The position numbers and the translations under genes are program-made. 64,000 nt of DNA, from positions 128,001 through 192,000 of the forward strand of contig CBDCQT010000005.1 in NCBI GenBank assembly GCA_965220745.1, read 5' to 3'. The notes under the pieces are model-generated. The model did not search any database and was not told the origin of the DNA. It was given only the letters and a program-made list of their open reading frames with translations. Positions 1 through 9,932 of this stretch are shown one piece after another. This DNA is from Alphaproteobacteria bacterium. Lineage in GTDB: Bacteria; Pseudomonadota; Alphaproteobacteria; UBA828. The number at the start of each line of letters is the position of its first letter. The stretch's first letter is position 1.

Positions 1-13
1 GGCGGGCGGTTGG

Positions 14-340
14 ATGCCGAAGCGACTGAGCGATGCGGAGCGGCGCGGCTTTCGCGAGCAGGGCTACTTCGGGCCGCTCCGCGTTATGAGCGCGGGCGAG
101 ACACAGCACTACCGCGCGGAGCTGGAACGCTTCGAGCGGCGCTGGCCGGACGAGCGCCACATGCTCGATCAGGGTGCCTCGCTGCTCTGCCCCTGGATCG
201 ACGAATTCACACGCCTTCCTGGTCTGCTCGACCCGATGGAGGACCTGCTCGGCCCCAACCTTCTGGTCTGGGGCGTCTCGCTCAGGCTCAAGGAGGCGGA
301 CGGCAGGACCTTCGCCGGTTGGCATCAGGACACCGCCTAA
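14..340 (+). pseudogene. 5' half of PhyH-family (phytanoyl-CoA dioxygenase-like) Fe/2OG dioxygenase, interrupted by the island
   Basis: Typical PhyH N-terminus (F..QGY..PL) ending at GWHQDTA* immediately after the HxD iron ligands; continues in frame at ~48595. Confidence 0.9.
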
Positions 341-343
341 CGC
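330..343 (+). repeat. Left junction copy of imperfect direct repeat ACACCGCCTAACGC
   Basis: 11/14 identical to ACACCCCCTACTGC at 48587-48600. Confidence 0.85.
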
Positions 344-360
344 ACCTTCGGTGCTAACAT
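330..360 (-). other. Putative MOBF-type oriT nic region (ATGTTAGCACCGAAGGTGCGTTAGGCGGTGT)
   Basis: Hairpin GCACC-GAA-GGTGC followed by GTTAGG..TGT; resembles R388 GCGCACCGAAAGGTGCGTATTGTCT^ and IncN TGCGTTAGGTGT^ nic sites as recalled from the literature. Confidence 0.65.
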
Positions 361-458
361 TTTGAAACAGGGTCGTTTTTTCTCTCCATGTTTGTTGCAT
401 CCGGACGGATCGGGAACTCCGCCGTGCCCCGGCTGCAACCGCAACCGGGAGAGACGGC

Positions 459-1577
459 ATGGCCGGAACGACCCTCACCGACGCCCGCGTGCGGGCACTC
501 AGGCCCCGCAAGACAGCCCGCGATGTCCGGGACGGCAAGCTCAAGGGCTTCGGCATCCGCGTGCTGCCCTCGGGCCGCAAGCGCTTCTTCATACATTGCC
601 AGCATGAAGGGGAGCGTGTCTGGAAGATCGTCGGCGACGCTGCCGAGATCCGCGTCGACGAGGCGCGCACCTGCGCCCGCGGGATGCTCGCCTCCATCAG
701 GCGAGGCGAGGGAGTTTCCGGGGCCGGGGAGACGCGCTTAGAGGATTTCGCCGAGACCGTGTTCCTACAATACGAGCGAGTCTGGAAGCGGGGCACGCTG
801 GCGGTCAACCGGAAGTATTTCAAGCAGCAGATCCTGCCTCACTTCGCCGGCCGCTCGGTCGCCGGGATTGATCGCCGCGAGGTGCGCGACTGGTTCGCCG
901 CGCTCCGCGCCACCCCTGTCGCCGCCGACAGGTCCATGCCGGTCTTGTCGGTCATCATGCGCGAGGCTGAAGTGGCGGGGCTCAGGCCCGAAGGCTCCAA
1001 CCCCTGCCGGGGCATCCGGCGCTATCGCCGCAAGGGGCGCGAGCGGTTTCTCTCCGACGAGGAGATCCGCCGTCTGTCGGCGCGATTGTCTGCGCTTGCG
1101 GACCGTTTCCCGCTGCAGGTCGCGGCCATCCGCCTTTTGCTGCTGACCGGGTGCCGGAAAGGGGAGGTTCTCGGCCTCCGATGGTCCGACTACCGCGAGG
1201 GACACCTGTTCCTGCGCGATAGCAAGTCCGGTCCGAGAACCGTCTGGCTGTCGCAGCCCGCACGCGACATCCTCGGCGGCCTGGAGCGGGCGGGCCCCTG
1301 GGTGTTCGCGGGCCCGGGTCGAGCCCGACCGCCAGACTCGGGCGCGCTCGACCGTTTCTGGCGCAGGCTCCGCGCCGAGGCCGGATTGACCGACGTGCGT
1401 CTTCACGATCTTCGACACACGCATGCCAGCATCGCGCTCAGGCAGGGCGTGACGGTCCTCGCCATCGGACGCCTGCTCGGTCATGCCAGCCCCGAGACCA
1501 CCCTCAAGTACACGCACCTCGCCGACAGCATGGTCGCCGATGCCGCAGAAATCGTCGGCAAGGCGCTGGGGGAGTAA
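459..1577 (+). CDS. Tyrosine recombinase/integrase with N-terminal arm-binding domain (integrase 1)
   Basis: LTD..VR.L.P arm domain; catalytic TGCRKGE, DSKSG, HDLRH, LLGH, KYTH. Confidence 0.95.
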   Translation: MAGTTLTDARVRALRPRKTARDVRDGKLKGFGIRVLPSGRKRFFIHCQHEGERVWKIVGDAAEIRVDEARTCARGMLASIRRGEGVSGAGETRLEDFAETVFLQYERVWKRGTLAVNRKYFKQQILPHFAGRSVAGIDRREVRDWFAALRATPVAADRSMPVLSVIMREAEVAGLRPEGSNPCRGIRRYRRKGRERFLSDEEIRRLSARLSALADRFPLQVAAIRLLLLTGCRKGEVLGLRWSDYREGHLFLRDSKSGPRTVWLSQPARDILGGLERAGPWVFAGPGRARPPDSGALDRFWRRLRAEAGLTDVRLHDLRHTHASIALRQGVTVLAIGRLLGHASPETTLKYTHLADSMVADAAEIVGKALGE

Positions 1578-1580
1578 ACC

Positions 1581-2738
1581 ATGGCAGGACCGAAACGCGT
1601 GCGCCTCACCGACGCCGCCGTGTCTCGCCTGCGGCCTAGTGAGCGGGAATATACCGTGTGGGATACAAAAGTGCGCGGGCTCGGGGTCCGGGTCCGATCC
1701 ACCGGCGGAATGAGCTGGGTCTTCCTGCGGCAAGACGCGAACGGATCGAGACGCGTGTCGCTCGGCCCGGTGGAGACCGCGAGCGTCGCCGAGGCGCGCC
1801 AGGCGTGCCTCGTCCGGCAGGCCGCGCCTGAACCGGAGGACAGGACCGCTCCCAAGCGTGCCGTTCCCCTGTTGCGCGACTTCGTCGCCGGCGAGTGGAA
1901 GGAGGCCAACTTCGACAGATACAAGCCCTCGTCCAAGAGCGGCTTCCGGGCCCTGCTCGACGCCCGCATCCTGCCGGCCTTCGGCTCGAAGCGGCTCGAC
2001 CGCATCGCTCCGACCGAGATCAGGCGCTGGTTCGACGATTTCAGCCGCACCGCCCCCGGCAATGCCAATCACGGTCTTGCTCTCCTGCGGCAGATCCTGA
2101 ACTTCGCCGGCGCCCGCGGCTACCTCGACACCAACCCGGCTCGCGACATACAGAGAAACCGGCGCCCGGTGCTCACCCGCTTTCTGTCGCGCGAGGAAGT
2201 CGGCCGTCTACACCGCGTGCTTGACCGGCAAACCGGGAGGGACCAGCGGCAGCAGGCCGACATCATACGCCTGCTGCTGCTGACCGGATGCCGCAAGGGC
2301 GAGATCGTGCAGCTCCGCTGGTCGGAAGTCGACGACGGCCGCCTGATCCTCCAGGAGAGCAAGACCGGGCGGAGGACGGTTCCCCTTAGCACGAAGGCCC
2401 GTGCGGTTCTGGAGCGTCAGCCGCACGGGACAAGCCCCTTCGTCTTTCCCTCGCCGCGCGATCCGTCGCGGCCGCGCAGCCGCAACCTCGCTCTCTGGTA
2501 CCGGGTGCGGTGCGAGGCCGACATCGAGGACGTGCGCCTTCACGACCTGCGTCATACGGTGGCGAGCCACGCGGTGATGAACGGCGTGCCGGTGCCGGTC
2601 GTGTCCCGGCTGCTCGGCCACTCCAATATACGAATGACGCTGCGCTACGCCCACCTCGGAGACCGCGACATCGAGCGCGCCGCCGAAACGGTCGGACAGG
2701 CGATCGCCGCGATCACGAACGGCCAGGACGAGACTTGA
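1581..2738 (+). CDS. Tyrosine recombinase/integrase with N-terminal arm-binding domain (integrase 2, paralog)
   Basis: TGCRKGE, ESKTG, HDLRH, LLGH, RYAH; starts 3 nt after integrase 1 stop. Confidence 0.95.
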   Translation: MAGPKRVRLTDAAVSRLRPSEREYTVWDTKVRGLGVRVRSTGGMSWVFLRQDANGSRRVSLGPVETASVAEARQACLVRQAAPEPEDRTAPKRAVPLLRDFVAGEWKEANFDRYKPSSKSGFRALLDARILPAFGSKRLDRIAPTEIRRWFDDFSRTAPGNANHGLALLRQILNFAGARGYLDTNPARDIQRNRRPVLTRFLSREEVGRLHRVLDRQTGRDQRQQADIIRLLLLTGCRKGEIVQLRWSEVDDGRLILQESKTGRRTVPLSTKARAVLERQPHGTSPFVFPSPRDPSRPRSRNLALWYRVRCEADIEDVRLHDLRHTVASHAVMNGVPVPVVSRLLGHSNIRMTLRYAHLGDRDIERAAETVGQAIAAITNGQDET

Positions 2739-2880
2739 GCATGATCGCCGATGTGATGAATACTCGAAGCAAGCCACGTGGGCGGTGTCAAGAAAGGTCG
2801 TTACCGGCGTCTTTCCGTAGGCAACCATCCGGGGTAGGCCGTCTCTTCGGAACGGGGGAGTTTTGGCAGGGTGAGCCAGC

Positions 2881-3513
2881 TTGAGCGAAGCGAGCTACGT
2901 GCCACCGCCTGCCGACGAACTCATGGCCTGCCTCGACGCCTTGGAGCGGTTTCTTCATGACGACACCCTGCCGCCGCTAATCCATGCCGGCCTCGCACAC
3001 GCACAGTTCGAGGCCATTCATCCGTTTCTCGACGGCAACGGCCGTGTCGGCCGCCTGCTCATCACTCTCCTGCTGGTGCAGCGTGAAGTGCTGCCGTCAC
3101 CGCTCCTCTATCTGAGCGCATATTTCGAGGAGACGCGCGAGGACTACTATACCCGTCTGCTCGCGGTGACGCGGGAGGGGGCGTGGGAGAAGTGGCTCAA
3201 CTATTTCCTGCGCGGCGTCCGACTCCAAGCCGACGACGCAATCGATCGCATGGAGGAGATCGACGGCCTGTTCGAGGATTGGCGGGAAGAGCTGGCTGGC
3301 ATTCAATGCGGGCGACCGGAGAGGGTGCTGCGCCCCTTCGTCGAAAATCCCTATTGGACGGTGGGCGGGATCGCGAAAGAGCTGGATGTGGCCTATACGA
3401 CGGCTCGGCGCGCCATCGACCGGCTGGAGATGGCCGATGTTGTCTCACCCGTCGGAGACGCAAGACGCAACCGCGTCTATTGTGCACGTGAAACGCTCGA
3501 AATTCTGATCGCC
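2881..3513 (+). pseudogene. Fic-family protein fragment (N-terminus missing, C-terminus interrupted)
   Basis: Fic motif HPFLDGNGRVGR; begins at YVPPP (normally mid-protein); C-terminal HTH then runs into non-homologous sequence after LEILI. Confidence 0.75.
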
Positions 3514-3542
3514 TGTTGCTCGGCGTGCAATTGTGACCCCCC
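3514..3542 (+). repeat. Possible orphan IS21-family terminal inverted repeat (TGTTGCTCGGCGTGCAATTGTGACCCCCC)
   Basis: TGT start and ..CGGCG......TGACCCC pattern reminiscent of IS21-type ends; coincides with the end of Fic homology; no partner or transposase found. Confidence 0.35.
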
Positions 3543-3851
3543 AGTATCGAGCCACTTCAATAGCTTATCGCGCCATTCGGCGCGCAACCCACGTGCCGAG
3601 CAACACTTCTTGAGGTCTGGTTGGTCACGCCCACGACATTGCCATGGAGGACGCTTGGCCTGGGGGTCATGAAGCGCGACACGGTTGCCGGGGGCGGCAG
3701 AAGATCGATCATGGGAGGGAGCGAAGCCGCGAAGCAGCGAGCACCCTGTCGCGATGAAGGCGTCGGGCTTTGTAAGCTCGTCCGAGAAGTGGCGAACCCG
3801 ACCGCCGGACTGCTGAACCGGGCCGCGACTGCGGCTGCGCTAATGAGACGG

Positions 3852-5351
3852 TCAACCGGCGGCCAGGTGATGCGCGACGCGCAGTGCTTGTGCAGCGATG
3901 GTGAGAGAGGGGTTTACGGCAGCTGAACTCGGTAGAAAACTGGCATCAACGACGTACAGGTTTGGGTGGTCGAAGCTCCTGCAAAAGGGATCGAGTGCCG
4001 CCTTCGCGGGATCGTTACCCATCCGAACAGTGCCGCACTGATGGGACGGTGCGCCGCTGTCGAAGGGCTTGGTGAGAATGAGCTGGTAACCCGCGCGGCG
4101 AAATATGCGGTGCATGCGATCGACGAGGAGCCCGTGGGCCTTCAGGTTAGTCGGCCGCCAGTCGAGGACGATGTGGCTGCCCTCCAGCAGGACGCGGCTC
4201 TCCGATGACGGCAGATCCTCGCTCATGAGGTACCAATCGAGCGCTCGTCGACAGACCGGACGAAGCGCAAACTCGGGAGCCGGGAATGGAAGATTTGCCG
4301 CCAGTATTGGCGCGGAGACCTTGCCCAGGAGCTGGACATTGCCCAAGGGTACGCCTGCCTCATCATCGGCGAGGTAGAAGTCGTTGATTGCCAACGTCTT
4401 GGCGTGAACCGTGTCGTAACTCTGGCGGACGTCGACAGCAATCATCGCCGTCGCGTTGTGATTCATGAAGTAGCGCCCGACCAGGCCCGCGCTGTTGGCG
4501 ACGCCACCCTGCCCGTTACGCCGGTCTGAGCGCAAGAGAATGACTGCCGAGTTGACGGCGCCAGCCGCGAGGATTGTCGTCCTAGGGCGTATACGGTGCC
4601 CGGTGTTGTTGCGACGATAGACGACGCCGGTGACGTTCTTGCCACGCGGATCGACCTCCAGTCGCTCGACCTTGGCCCCCGTCACAAGGCGCACGTTCGG
4701 GAACTCTAAAGCCCTCGCAAGCGGCCCGGTCTCCGCATCGATCTTCCCGCTGAACGTGTCCGGCACAGCGTCCCACGGCGTGGGGGCCCGCCTGAGCCAC
4801 GCCTTGACGTCGACCGATAGCGGCAGCGGTGCGGGATGCAGACCCTGGCGACGAAGACGCTCGGCCGCGTCCTCTACTTGAGGTTCGTGGGGGACGGGTG
4901 GAAAGGGATAGTCCTCGGAGTGGTACGGCTCGGTCGGGTCGTCGCCAAGCTGGCCGCGCACGCTGAACAATTTCTCGGCCTGGCAATACCACGGCTCGAG
5001 TTCGTCGTAGCCGAACGGCCACGACTCCGTGATCCCCTCCAGGTGGTCGTGCGCCTCGAAATCCTCGGCGCGAAAGCGGTATAAGACCGCGCCGAAGAAT
5101 TTGGAGTTGCCGCCCACATAGTAGTAGTTGCCCGGGTTGAACGGCCTCCCGTTGCCATCGAGCCAGGTCTCATCGGGACGAAACACGCCACGCCTGAAGA
5201 TCGCGGCGAGGTCGCGCGTCTCCGGCGTATCCCTCAGCCGTTCACCGCGTTCCAGAATCACGATTTCGGCACCAGTGGGCGCGAGGCCAAAGGCCGTCGT
5301 CGCGCCGCCGATACCGGAACCGACAATGACGAAGTCCGGTAGACCACCCAC
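3852..5351 (-). CDS. GMC-family FAD oxidoreductase (sugar/glycoside dehydrogenase-like)
   Basis: GSGIGG FAD motif, VGGNS, MNH, C-terminal HQCGTVRMG and VNPSLTI. Confidence 0.9.
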   Translation of the reverse strand: MGGLPDFVIVGSGIGGATTAFGLAPTGAEIVILERGERLRDTPETRDLAAIFRRGVFRPDETWLDGNGRPFNPGNYYYVGGNSKFFGAVLYRFRAEDFEAHDHLEGITESWPFGYDELEPWYCQAEKLFSVRGQLGDDPTEPYHSEDYPFPPVPHEPQVEDAAERLRRQGLHPAPLPLSVDVKAWLRRAPTPWDAVPDTFSGKIDAETGPLARALEFPNVRLVTGAKVERLEVDPRGKNVTGVVYRRNNTGHRIRPRTTILAAGAVNSAVILLRSDRRNGQGGVANSAGLVGRYFMNHNATAMIAVDVRQSYDTVHAKTLAINDFYLADDEAGVPLGNVQLLGKVSAPILAANLPFPAPEFALRPVCRRALDWYLMSEDLPSSESRVLLEGSHIVLDWRPTNLKAHGLLVDRMHRIFRRAGYQLILTKPFDSGAPSHQCGTVRMGNDPAKAALDPFCRSFDHPNLYVVDASFLPSSAAVNPSLTIAAQALRVAHHLAAG

Positions 5352-5390
5352 GGTCTGTCGCTCACGGTCTCGCCGTGGCTCGATCAGGTC

Positions 5391-6521
5391 CTACGCGACC
5401 GTCGGCCCGTCCACGCGCTCACCGCTGTCAACGTCGAACAGACAGGCATGCGCCATGTTGAAGTAGAGGCGGGTCGGCTCCGTCAGTGAGGCGGAAGTAT
5501 TGGGTCTCAAGCGGCTGACGGTCTCTCTCTCACCCAGTTGGAGAACGCCCAGCGTGTCTGCGCCGGTCGGCTCGATCAGGTCCAGAATGCAGTCGGCGGC
5601 GACAAACAGTCCTTCATCTGTCTCCCTGGGCTGCTCTTCGACAATGTGCTCAGGTCGAATGCCCAGGATCACGCCACGGCCGTTCAACGCCGGGTCGACA
5701 CGCAGACCGCAGGTCAGCTTCAGAGGCTGCTCATTCTCCCGCGTCACGGCCAACTCCCAGCCGCCGTCGGCCCCTTGGCCGAGCGTTGCAGGGATCAAGT
5801 TCATGGGTGGCGAGCCCATGAAGCCGGCGACGAAGACGTTCGCCGGGTTCGAATAGATTTCGTACGGGGTGCCTTGCTGCTGGATGATTCCGCTTTCAAG
5901 CACGCAGATCTGTGTGGCCATGGTCATCGCCTCGATCTGATCGTGAGTCACGTAGACGAATGTTGTCCCTGTTCTCTTGTGTATACGCTTAATTTCGCTA
6001 CGCATCTGAACGCGAAGCTTGGCGTCCAAATTTGAAAGCGGCTCATCGAACAGGAAGACCTTCGGGTCGCGCACCAGCGCCCGGCCCATCGCCACCCGTT
6101 GGCGCTGACCACCGGAGAGCTGACTCGGCTTGCGGCCAAGCAGGTGACCAATCTCCAGGAGCTCGGCGACGCGTTCGACAGCCTTCCGACGCTCGGCCCT
6201 GCGCACGCCCCGCATCTCGAGACCGAAGCTGATGTTCCCAGCGACTGTCATAGTCGGGTAGAGCGCGTAGGACTGGAAGACCATGGCGATGTCGCGGTCC
6301 GCCGGCGCTAGGTCGTTCACGACCCTGTCGTCGATCTCGATCGTGCCTTCGGTGATGTCCTCAAGCCCTGCGATCATGTTGAGCAGGGTCGACTTTCCGC
6401 ACCCCGACGGCCCTACAAGGACCAGGAACTCGCCGTCCCCGACCTCGATGTTGATGTCTTCGAGAACGCGAACGGTTCTGTCGAAGGTCTTACCGACTTG
6501 CTTGATGCTGAGACTGCCCAT
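5391..6521 (-). CDS. Sugar ABC transporter ATP-binding protein (MalK/UgpC-like)
   Basis: [32 protein letters not shown]. Confidence 0.97.
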   Translation of the reverse strand: MGSLSIKQVGKTFDRTVRVLEDINIEVGDGEFLVLVGPSGCGKSTLLNMIAGLEDITEGTIEIDDRVVNDLAPADRDIAMVFQSYALYPTMTVAGNISFGLEMRGVRRAERRKAVERVAELLEIGHLLGRKPSQLSGGQRQRVAMGRALVRDPKVFLFDEPLSNLDAKLRVQMRSEIKRIHKRTGTTFVYVTHDQIEAMTMATQICVLESGIIQQQGTPYEIYSNPANVFVAGFMGSPPMNLIPATLGQGADGGWELAVTRENEQPLKLTCGLRVDPALNGRGVILGIRPEHIVEEQPRETDEGLFVAADCILDLIEPTGADTLGVLQLGERETVSRLRPNTSASLTEPTRLYFNMAHACLFDVDSGERVDGPTVA

Positions 6522-6571
6522 GATGTCGTCCTAGGGGCTCCGGCTCTCAGCGGATGTCATTTGCACGGTGT

Positions 6572-7444
6572 CTATCCCTTCACTGAGCCGCTCATGAGGC
6601 CGCGCACGAAGAAGCGGCCGGCAAAGATGTAGATGAGCAAGGTGGGAATGGCGGCGATGAATGCGCCGGCAAAGTGCACATTGTATTCCTTCACACCAGT
6701 CGAGGTGTTGACGAGGTTGTTGAGGGCAACCGTCATCGGATAGCTGTCGAAATCAGCGAAGGAGACCCCGAACAGGAAATCGTTCCAAATGTTCGTGAAT
6801 TGCCAGATCACGGAGACGATTATGATCGGGCCCGACGCTGGAAGCATGATCCGAAAGAAAATTCTGAAGAGGCCAGCGCCGTCTACCTTGGCGGCCCTCA
6901 CCAGTTCGTCGGGAAAGGCGATGTAGTAGTTGCGGAAGAACAGCGTGGTGAACCCGAGGCCATAAATCGTGTGCACGAGAATGAGACCCGGAATGGTGCC
7001 GGCCAGATGGAGAACACCGAGCACGCGCGCCATGGGAATGAGCACGATCTGGTAAGGAATGAACACGGCACCCAGAAGCGCGAGAAACACCAGCTTGTGC
7101 CCGCGAAAGGTCCACTTGGTCAGCACGTATCCGTTGATGGCACCGAGCATCGTCGAAATCACGACGGCGGGAACCACCATGAGAATGGTATTGACGAAGT
7201 AGGGGCGCAGTCCGGTGGGGTCGACGCCGACCCGCGCGGTGGACCAGGCCTTCACCCAAGGCTCGACGATCCACTCGTGCGGCAGGCTCATCATTCCGCC
7301 GGCCTGAATCTCGGCCAACGGTTTGACCGAGTTCACCAGCATGACATACATCGGGAGAAGGAACAGAATCGCGAACACGATCAGCGTGAAATATAGAAAA
7401 GTGCGAAGAATACGCTCTTCAGGAGAGCGTCTTCTGCGATTCAT
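6572..7444 (-). CDS. Carbohydrate ABC transporter permease
   Basis: Multiple TM helices, EAA loop ELVRAAKVDGAG, WNDFLF; ATG at 7444 overlaps the upstream stop. Confidence 0.93.
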   Translation of the reverse strand: MNRRRRSPEERILRTFLYFTLIVFAILFLLPMYVMLVNSVKPLAEIQAGGMMSLPHEWIVEPWVKAWSTARVGVDPTGLRPYFVNTILMVVPAVVISTMLGAINGYVLTKWTFRGHKLVFLALLGAVFIPYQIVLIPMARVLGVLHLAGTIPGLILVHTIYGLGFTTLFFRNYYIAFPDELVRAAKVDGAGLFRIFFRIMLPASGPIIIVSVIWQFTNIWNDFLFGVSFADFDSYPMTVALNNLVNTSTGVKEYNVHFAGAFIAAIPTLLIYIFAGRFFVRGLMSGSVKG

Positions 7445-8319
7445 TTCTTGCCCCCGCGCAACTCCCAATAGATGTAGGGCACCACGAAAACTGCAATGAG
7501 TGCCAGCATGATGATGGCGCTAGAAGCGCCGATGGCCATCTGGTTGCGCGTGAAGGTGTACTGATACATGAAGACCGACGGCAACCAGGAGGAACGGCCG
7601 GGGCCCCCGCTCGTCATGACGACAATAAGGTCGTAGGTGCGAATGGACATATAGATCAGAATGACCAGGACACTGATGAACGTATAGCCAAGCTGAGGAA
7701 TAATGATGCGCGCGTAGAGCTGGAGCTTAGAAGCGCCGTCAACTCGCGCAGCCTTGAGAATTTCAGTATCGATTCCGCGCAGTCCGGCGAGGAACATGGC
7801 CATCACGAAGCCGGTCGTCTGCCAGATTGCGGCGATGGCGATGGTGTAGATCGCGAAATCGCGGTTCTTGATCCAGTCGAAGCTGAAGCTCGCCCAGCCG
7901 GCAGCATGCATGACGCTTTCGAGGCCGACGCCGGGGTCGAGAAACCATTTCCATGCCGTACCCGTCACGATGAAGGAGAGCGCCATCGGATACAGATAGA
8001 TCGAGCGAAAAGTGCCCTCCGCCCGAATCTTCTGATCGATCAGGATGGCCAGGAGCAACCCGAGCGCACAACAGACAACGATGTAAAGGGCGCTGAAGAG
8101 CACGAGGTTGACGAGGGCGATGTCCCACGCCCGCAGCGAGAAGAGCGCTTCATAGTTGCGGAAGCCGACACCGCCGTAGCTGGGCAGGATCTTCGAATCG
8201 GTAAACGAGATGACCAGGGTGAAGGCGATGAAGCCGTAAACCCCGGTGATGACCAGTAGGACGCCGGGCGACAGAACAATCTGGGGCAGACGGGCTTTCA
8301 GGATTGAGCGAACACGCAT
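7441..8319 (-). CDS. Carbohydrate ABC transporter permease
   Basis: TM helices, EILKAARVDGAS loop; start uncertain (8319 or 8355). Confidence 0.93.
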   Translation of the reverse strand: MRVRSILKARLPQIVLSPGVLLVITGVYGFIAFTLVISFTDSKILPSYGGVGFRNYEALFSLRAWDIALVNLVLFSALYIVVCCALGLLLAILIDQKIRAEGTFRSIYLYPMALSFIVTGTAWKWFLDPGVGLESVMHAAGWASFSFDWIKNRDFAIYTIAIAAIWQTTGFVMAMFLAGLRGIDTEILKAARVDGASKLQLYARIIIPQLGYTFISVLVILIYMSIRTYDLIVVMTSGGPGRSSWLPSVFMYQYTFTRNQMAIGASSAIIMLALIAVFVVPYIYWELRGGKK

Positions 8320-8367
8320 CTCAGCCGGCAGCCCCTTCGCCCGCGTAAGGTGCAAGCATTGTGGGCG

Positions 8368-8431
8368 CTGCGGGTGACGTCAAGGGCGGATGCCACCCCG
8401 CAGCGGGCGGAAAAGCGGGCAAGCCGCCCGC
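8368..8431. promoter_or_regulatory. GC-rich stem-loops between binding-protein and permease genes
   Basis: CTGCGGG/CCCGCAG and GCGGGCGG/CCGCCCGC inverted repeats; usual position of mRNA-stabilising hairpins in ABC operons. Confidence 0.45.
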
Positions 8432-8475
8432 ACCGCAAGGAATTGCGGCGCGAGCGATCGGCCCGGTGGCCGTGA

Positions 8476-9726
8476 CTACAGCTTGGCTAGCGCCACCCCT
8501 TCCGCCATTTCTTCGACGGCCTCCTCTGCGTTCAACTCGCCGTTGAAGTAAGCGGTGACCGCGTCGGTAAAGGCGTTCTTCACAGCAGCTCTGTTGGTAT
8601 GGCTCAGTCCTTGCGAACCTACGAGAGTGCCGTTTGCGTTTGCTTCCTTGAGATGGGCAATACCCTTCTTGCCGCAGTCGTCGAATGCCTCGTCGGTGAC
8701 GTCTATTCTGGCCGGCACGGAGCCCTTGACGATGTTGAAGGCGACCTGGAACTCAGGATCCAGGATGGCGGACGCCATCTTGGCCTGCGCCGACTGACGC
8801 TCCTCGCCGACGTCGAACATCGCGAACTGATCGGCGTTGAAGGTCACATGGCCCTGAGTGCCGGGCACACGGAAGCACAGAAAGTCGTCTCCCGGCACCT
8901 TGCCCGCGTTGATGAACTCGCCCTTGGCCCAGTCGCCCATAATCTGGAAGGCAGCCTCGTCGTTGATGACCATGGCCGTCGCCAGGTTCCAGTCACGACC
9001 TGAGAAGTTCTCGTCCACGAGTTCGCGGAGCTGTCCCATGCGCCCCAACGCCTTCAGCATCGTATCGGAGCGGATCGCGTCTTCGTCAAGGTCGATGAAG
9101 ACTTTCTTGTACCATTCTAGGCCGCCGGCCGAGAGGGCGACGGAATCGAACGTGGTGATGTCCTGCCAGTGTTGACCGCCATAGGCGACACCGACGAAGC
9201 CTGCGTCCTTCGCCTTCTGGGCGACCGCGATGAACTCCTCCCAGGTCTCCGGCGGCTCGGTCTGGCCGATCGCGTCGAACACACGCTTCGACGCCCAGAC
9301 CCAGTTGGTGGAGTGCACGTTGACCGGCGCCGAAACCCACTTGCCGTCATGGGTCGCGAAGAATTGAAGTGCCTCCGGAATGAGAGCTGTCCAGTTTTCG
9401 CTTTCGGCGACCTCGTTCAGGTTTCCGAGGGCTCCCTGCTCGGCCCACTCGAGAATGTCATAGCCAAGCATCTGCACGGCGGTCGGCGGATTGCCCGCCG
9501 TGACCCGCGCACGCACGGCCGTCATGGCCGCCTCGCCGCCACCGCCAGCAACGGGCATGTCATTCCAGACGACTCCCTGCGCCTCCAGTTTTTCCTTGAG
9601 AACGGATACCGCGGCGGCCTCGCCGCCCGACGTCCACCAATGAAGCACTTCGACCTCGTCGGCTGCGGTGGCGGCAGCCGGAATCGCCATCGTCGACATG
9701 GCTAGGATGCTGAGGAATCGTTTCAT
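8476..9726 (-). CDS. Sugar ABC transporter substrate-binding protein (glucose/mannose-binding GtsA-like)
   Basis: Signal peptide, [31 protein letters not shown]. Confidence 0.92.
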   Translation of the reverse strand: MKRFLSILAMSTMAIPAAATAADEVEVLHWWTSGGEAAAVSVLKEKLEAQGVVWNDMPVAGGGGEAAMTAVRARVTAGNPPTAVQMLGYDILEWAEQGALGNLNEVAESENWTALIPEALQFFATHDGKWVSAPVNVHSTNWVWASKRVFDAIGQTEPPETWEEFIAVAQKAKDAGFVGVAYGGQHWQDITTFDSVALSAGGLEWYKKVFIDLDEDAIRSDTMLKALGRMGQLRELVDENFSGRDWNLATAMVINDEAAFQIMGDWAKGEFINAGKVPGDDFLCFRVPGTQGHVTFNADQFAMFDVGEERQSAQAKMASAILDPEFQVAFNIVKGSVPARIDVTDEAFDDCGKKGIAHLKEANANGTLVGSQGLSHTNRAAVKNAFTDAVTAYFNGELNAEEAVEEMAEGVALAKL

Positions 9727-9855
9727 TTTGAGCTCCCTCGTTCGATCTCTGATGCCTGTGCCACGATGATTTCCGCCGTGGCGCGTCAGGTATTGTCGGG
9801 ACCCGGGTTCAGCCCGCTCCCTATGAGGCGAGTTTGCGAGCCAGTTCGGAGAAAC

Positions 9856-9866
9856 TCAATTTCGCA
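9856..9866 (-). promoter_or_regulatory. Shared upstream motif TGCGAAATTGA (copy upstream of ABC operon)
   Basis: Identical 11-mer at 12730-12740 (-) and 12949-12959 (+), always oriented with the downstream gene. Confidence 0.6.
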
Positions 9867-9932
9867 AGGCGTTGAAATATGGCGCAGTATTGCGTACTCT
9901 GTGCGACATAGCGCATAAAACTGAGGGTCTAC

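Noticed and set aside
320-460. tRNA or tmRNA integration site
   Set aside because: No cloverleaf, T-loop or CCA signature at either junction; the target is a protein-coding gene
459-2738. RIT element or prophage
   Set aside because: Only two recombinases, no terminal inverted repeats seen and no phage structural genes
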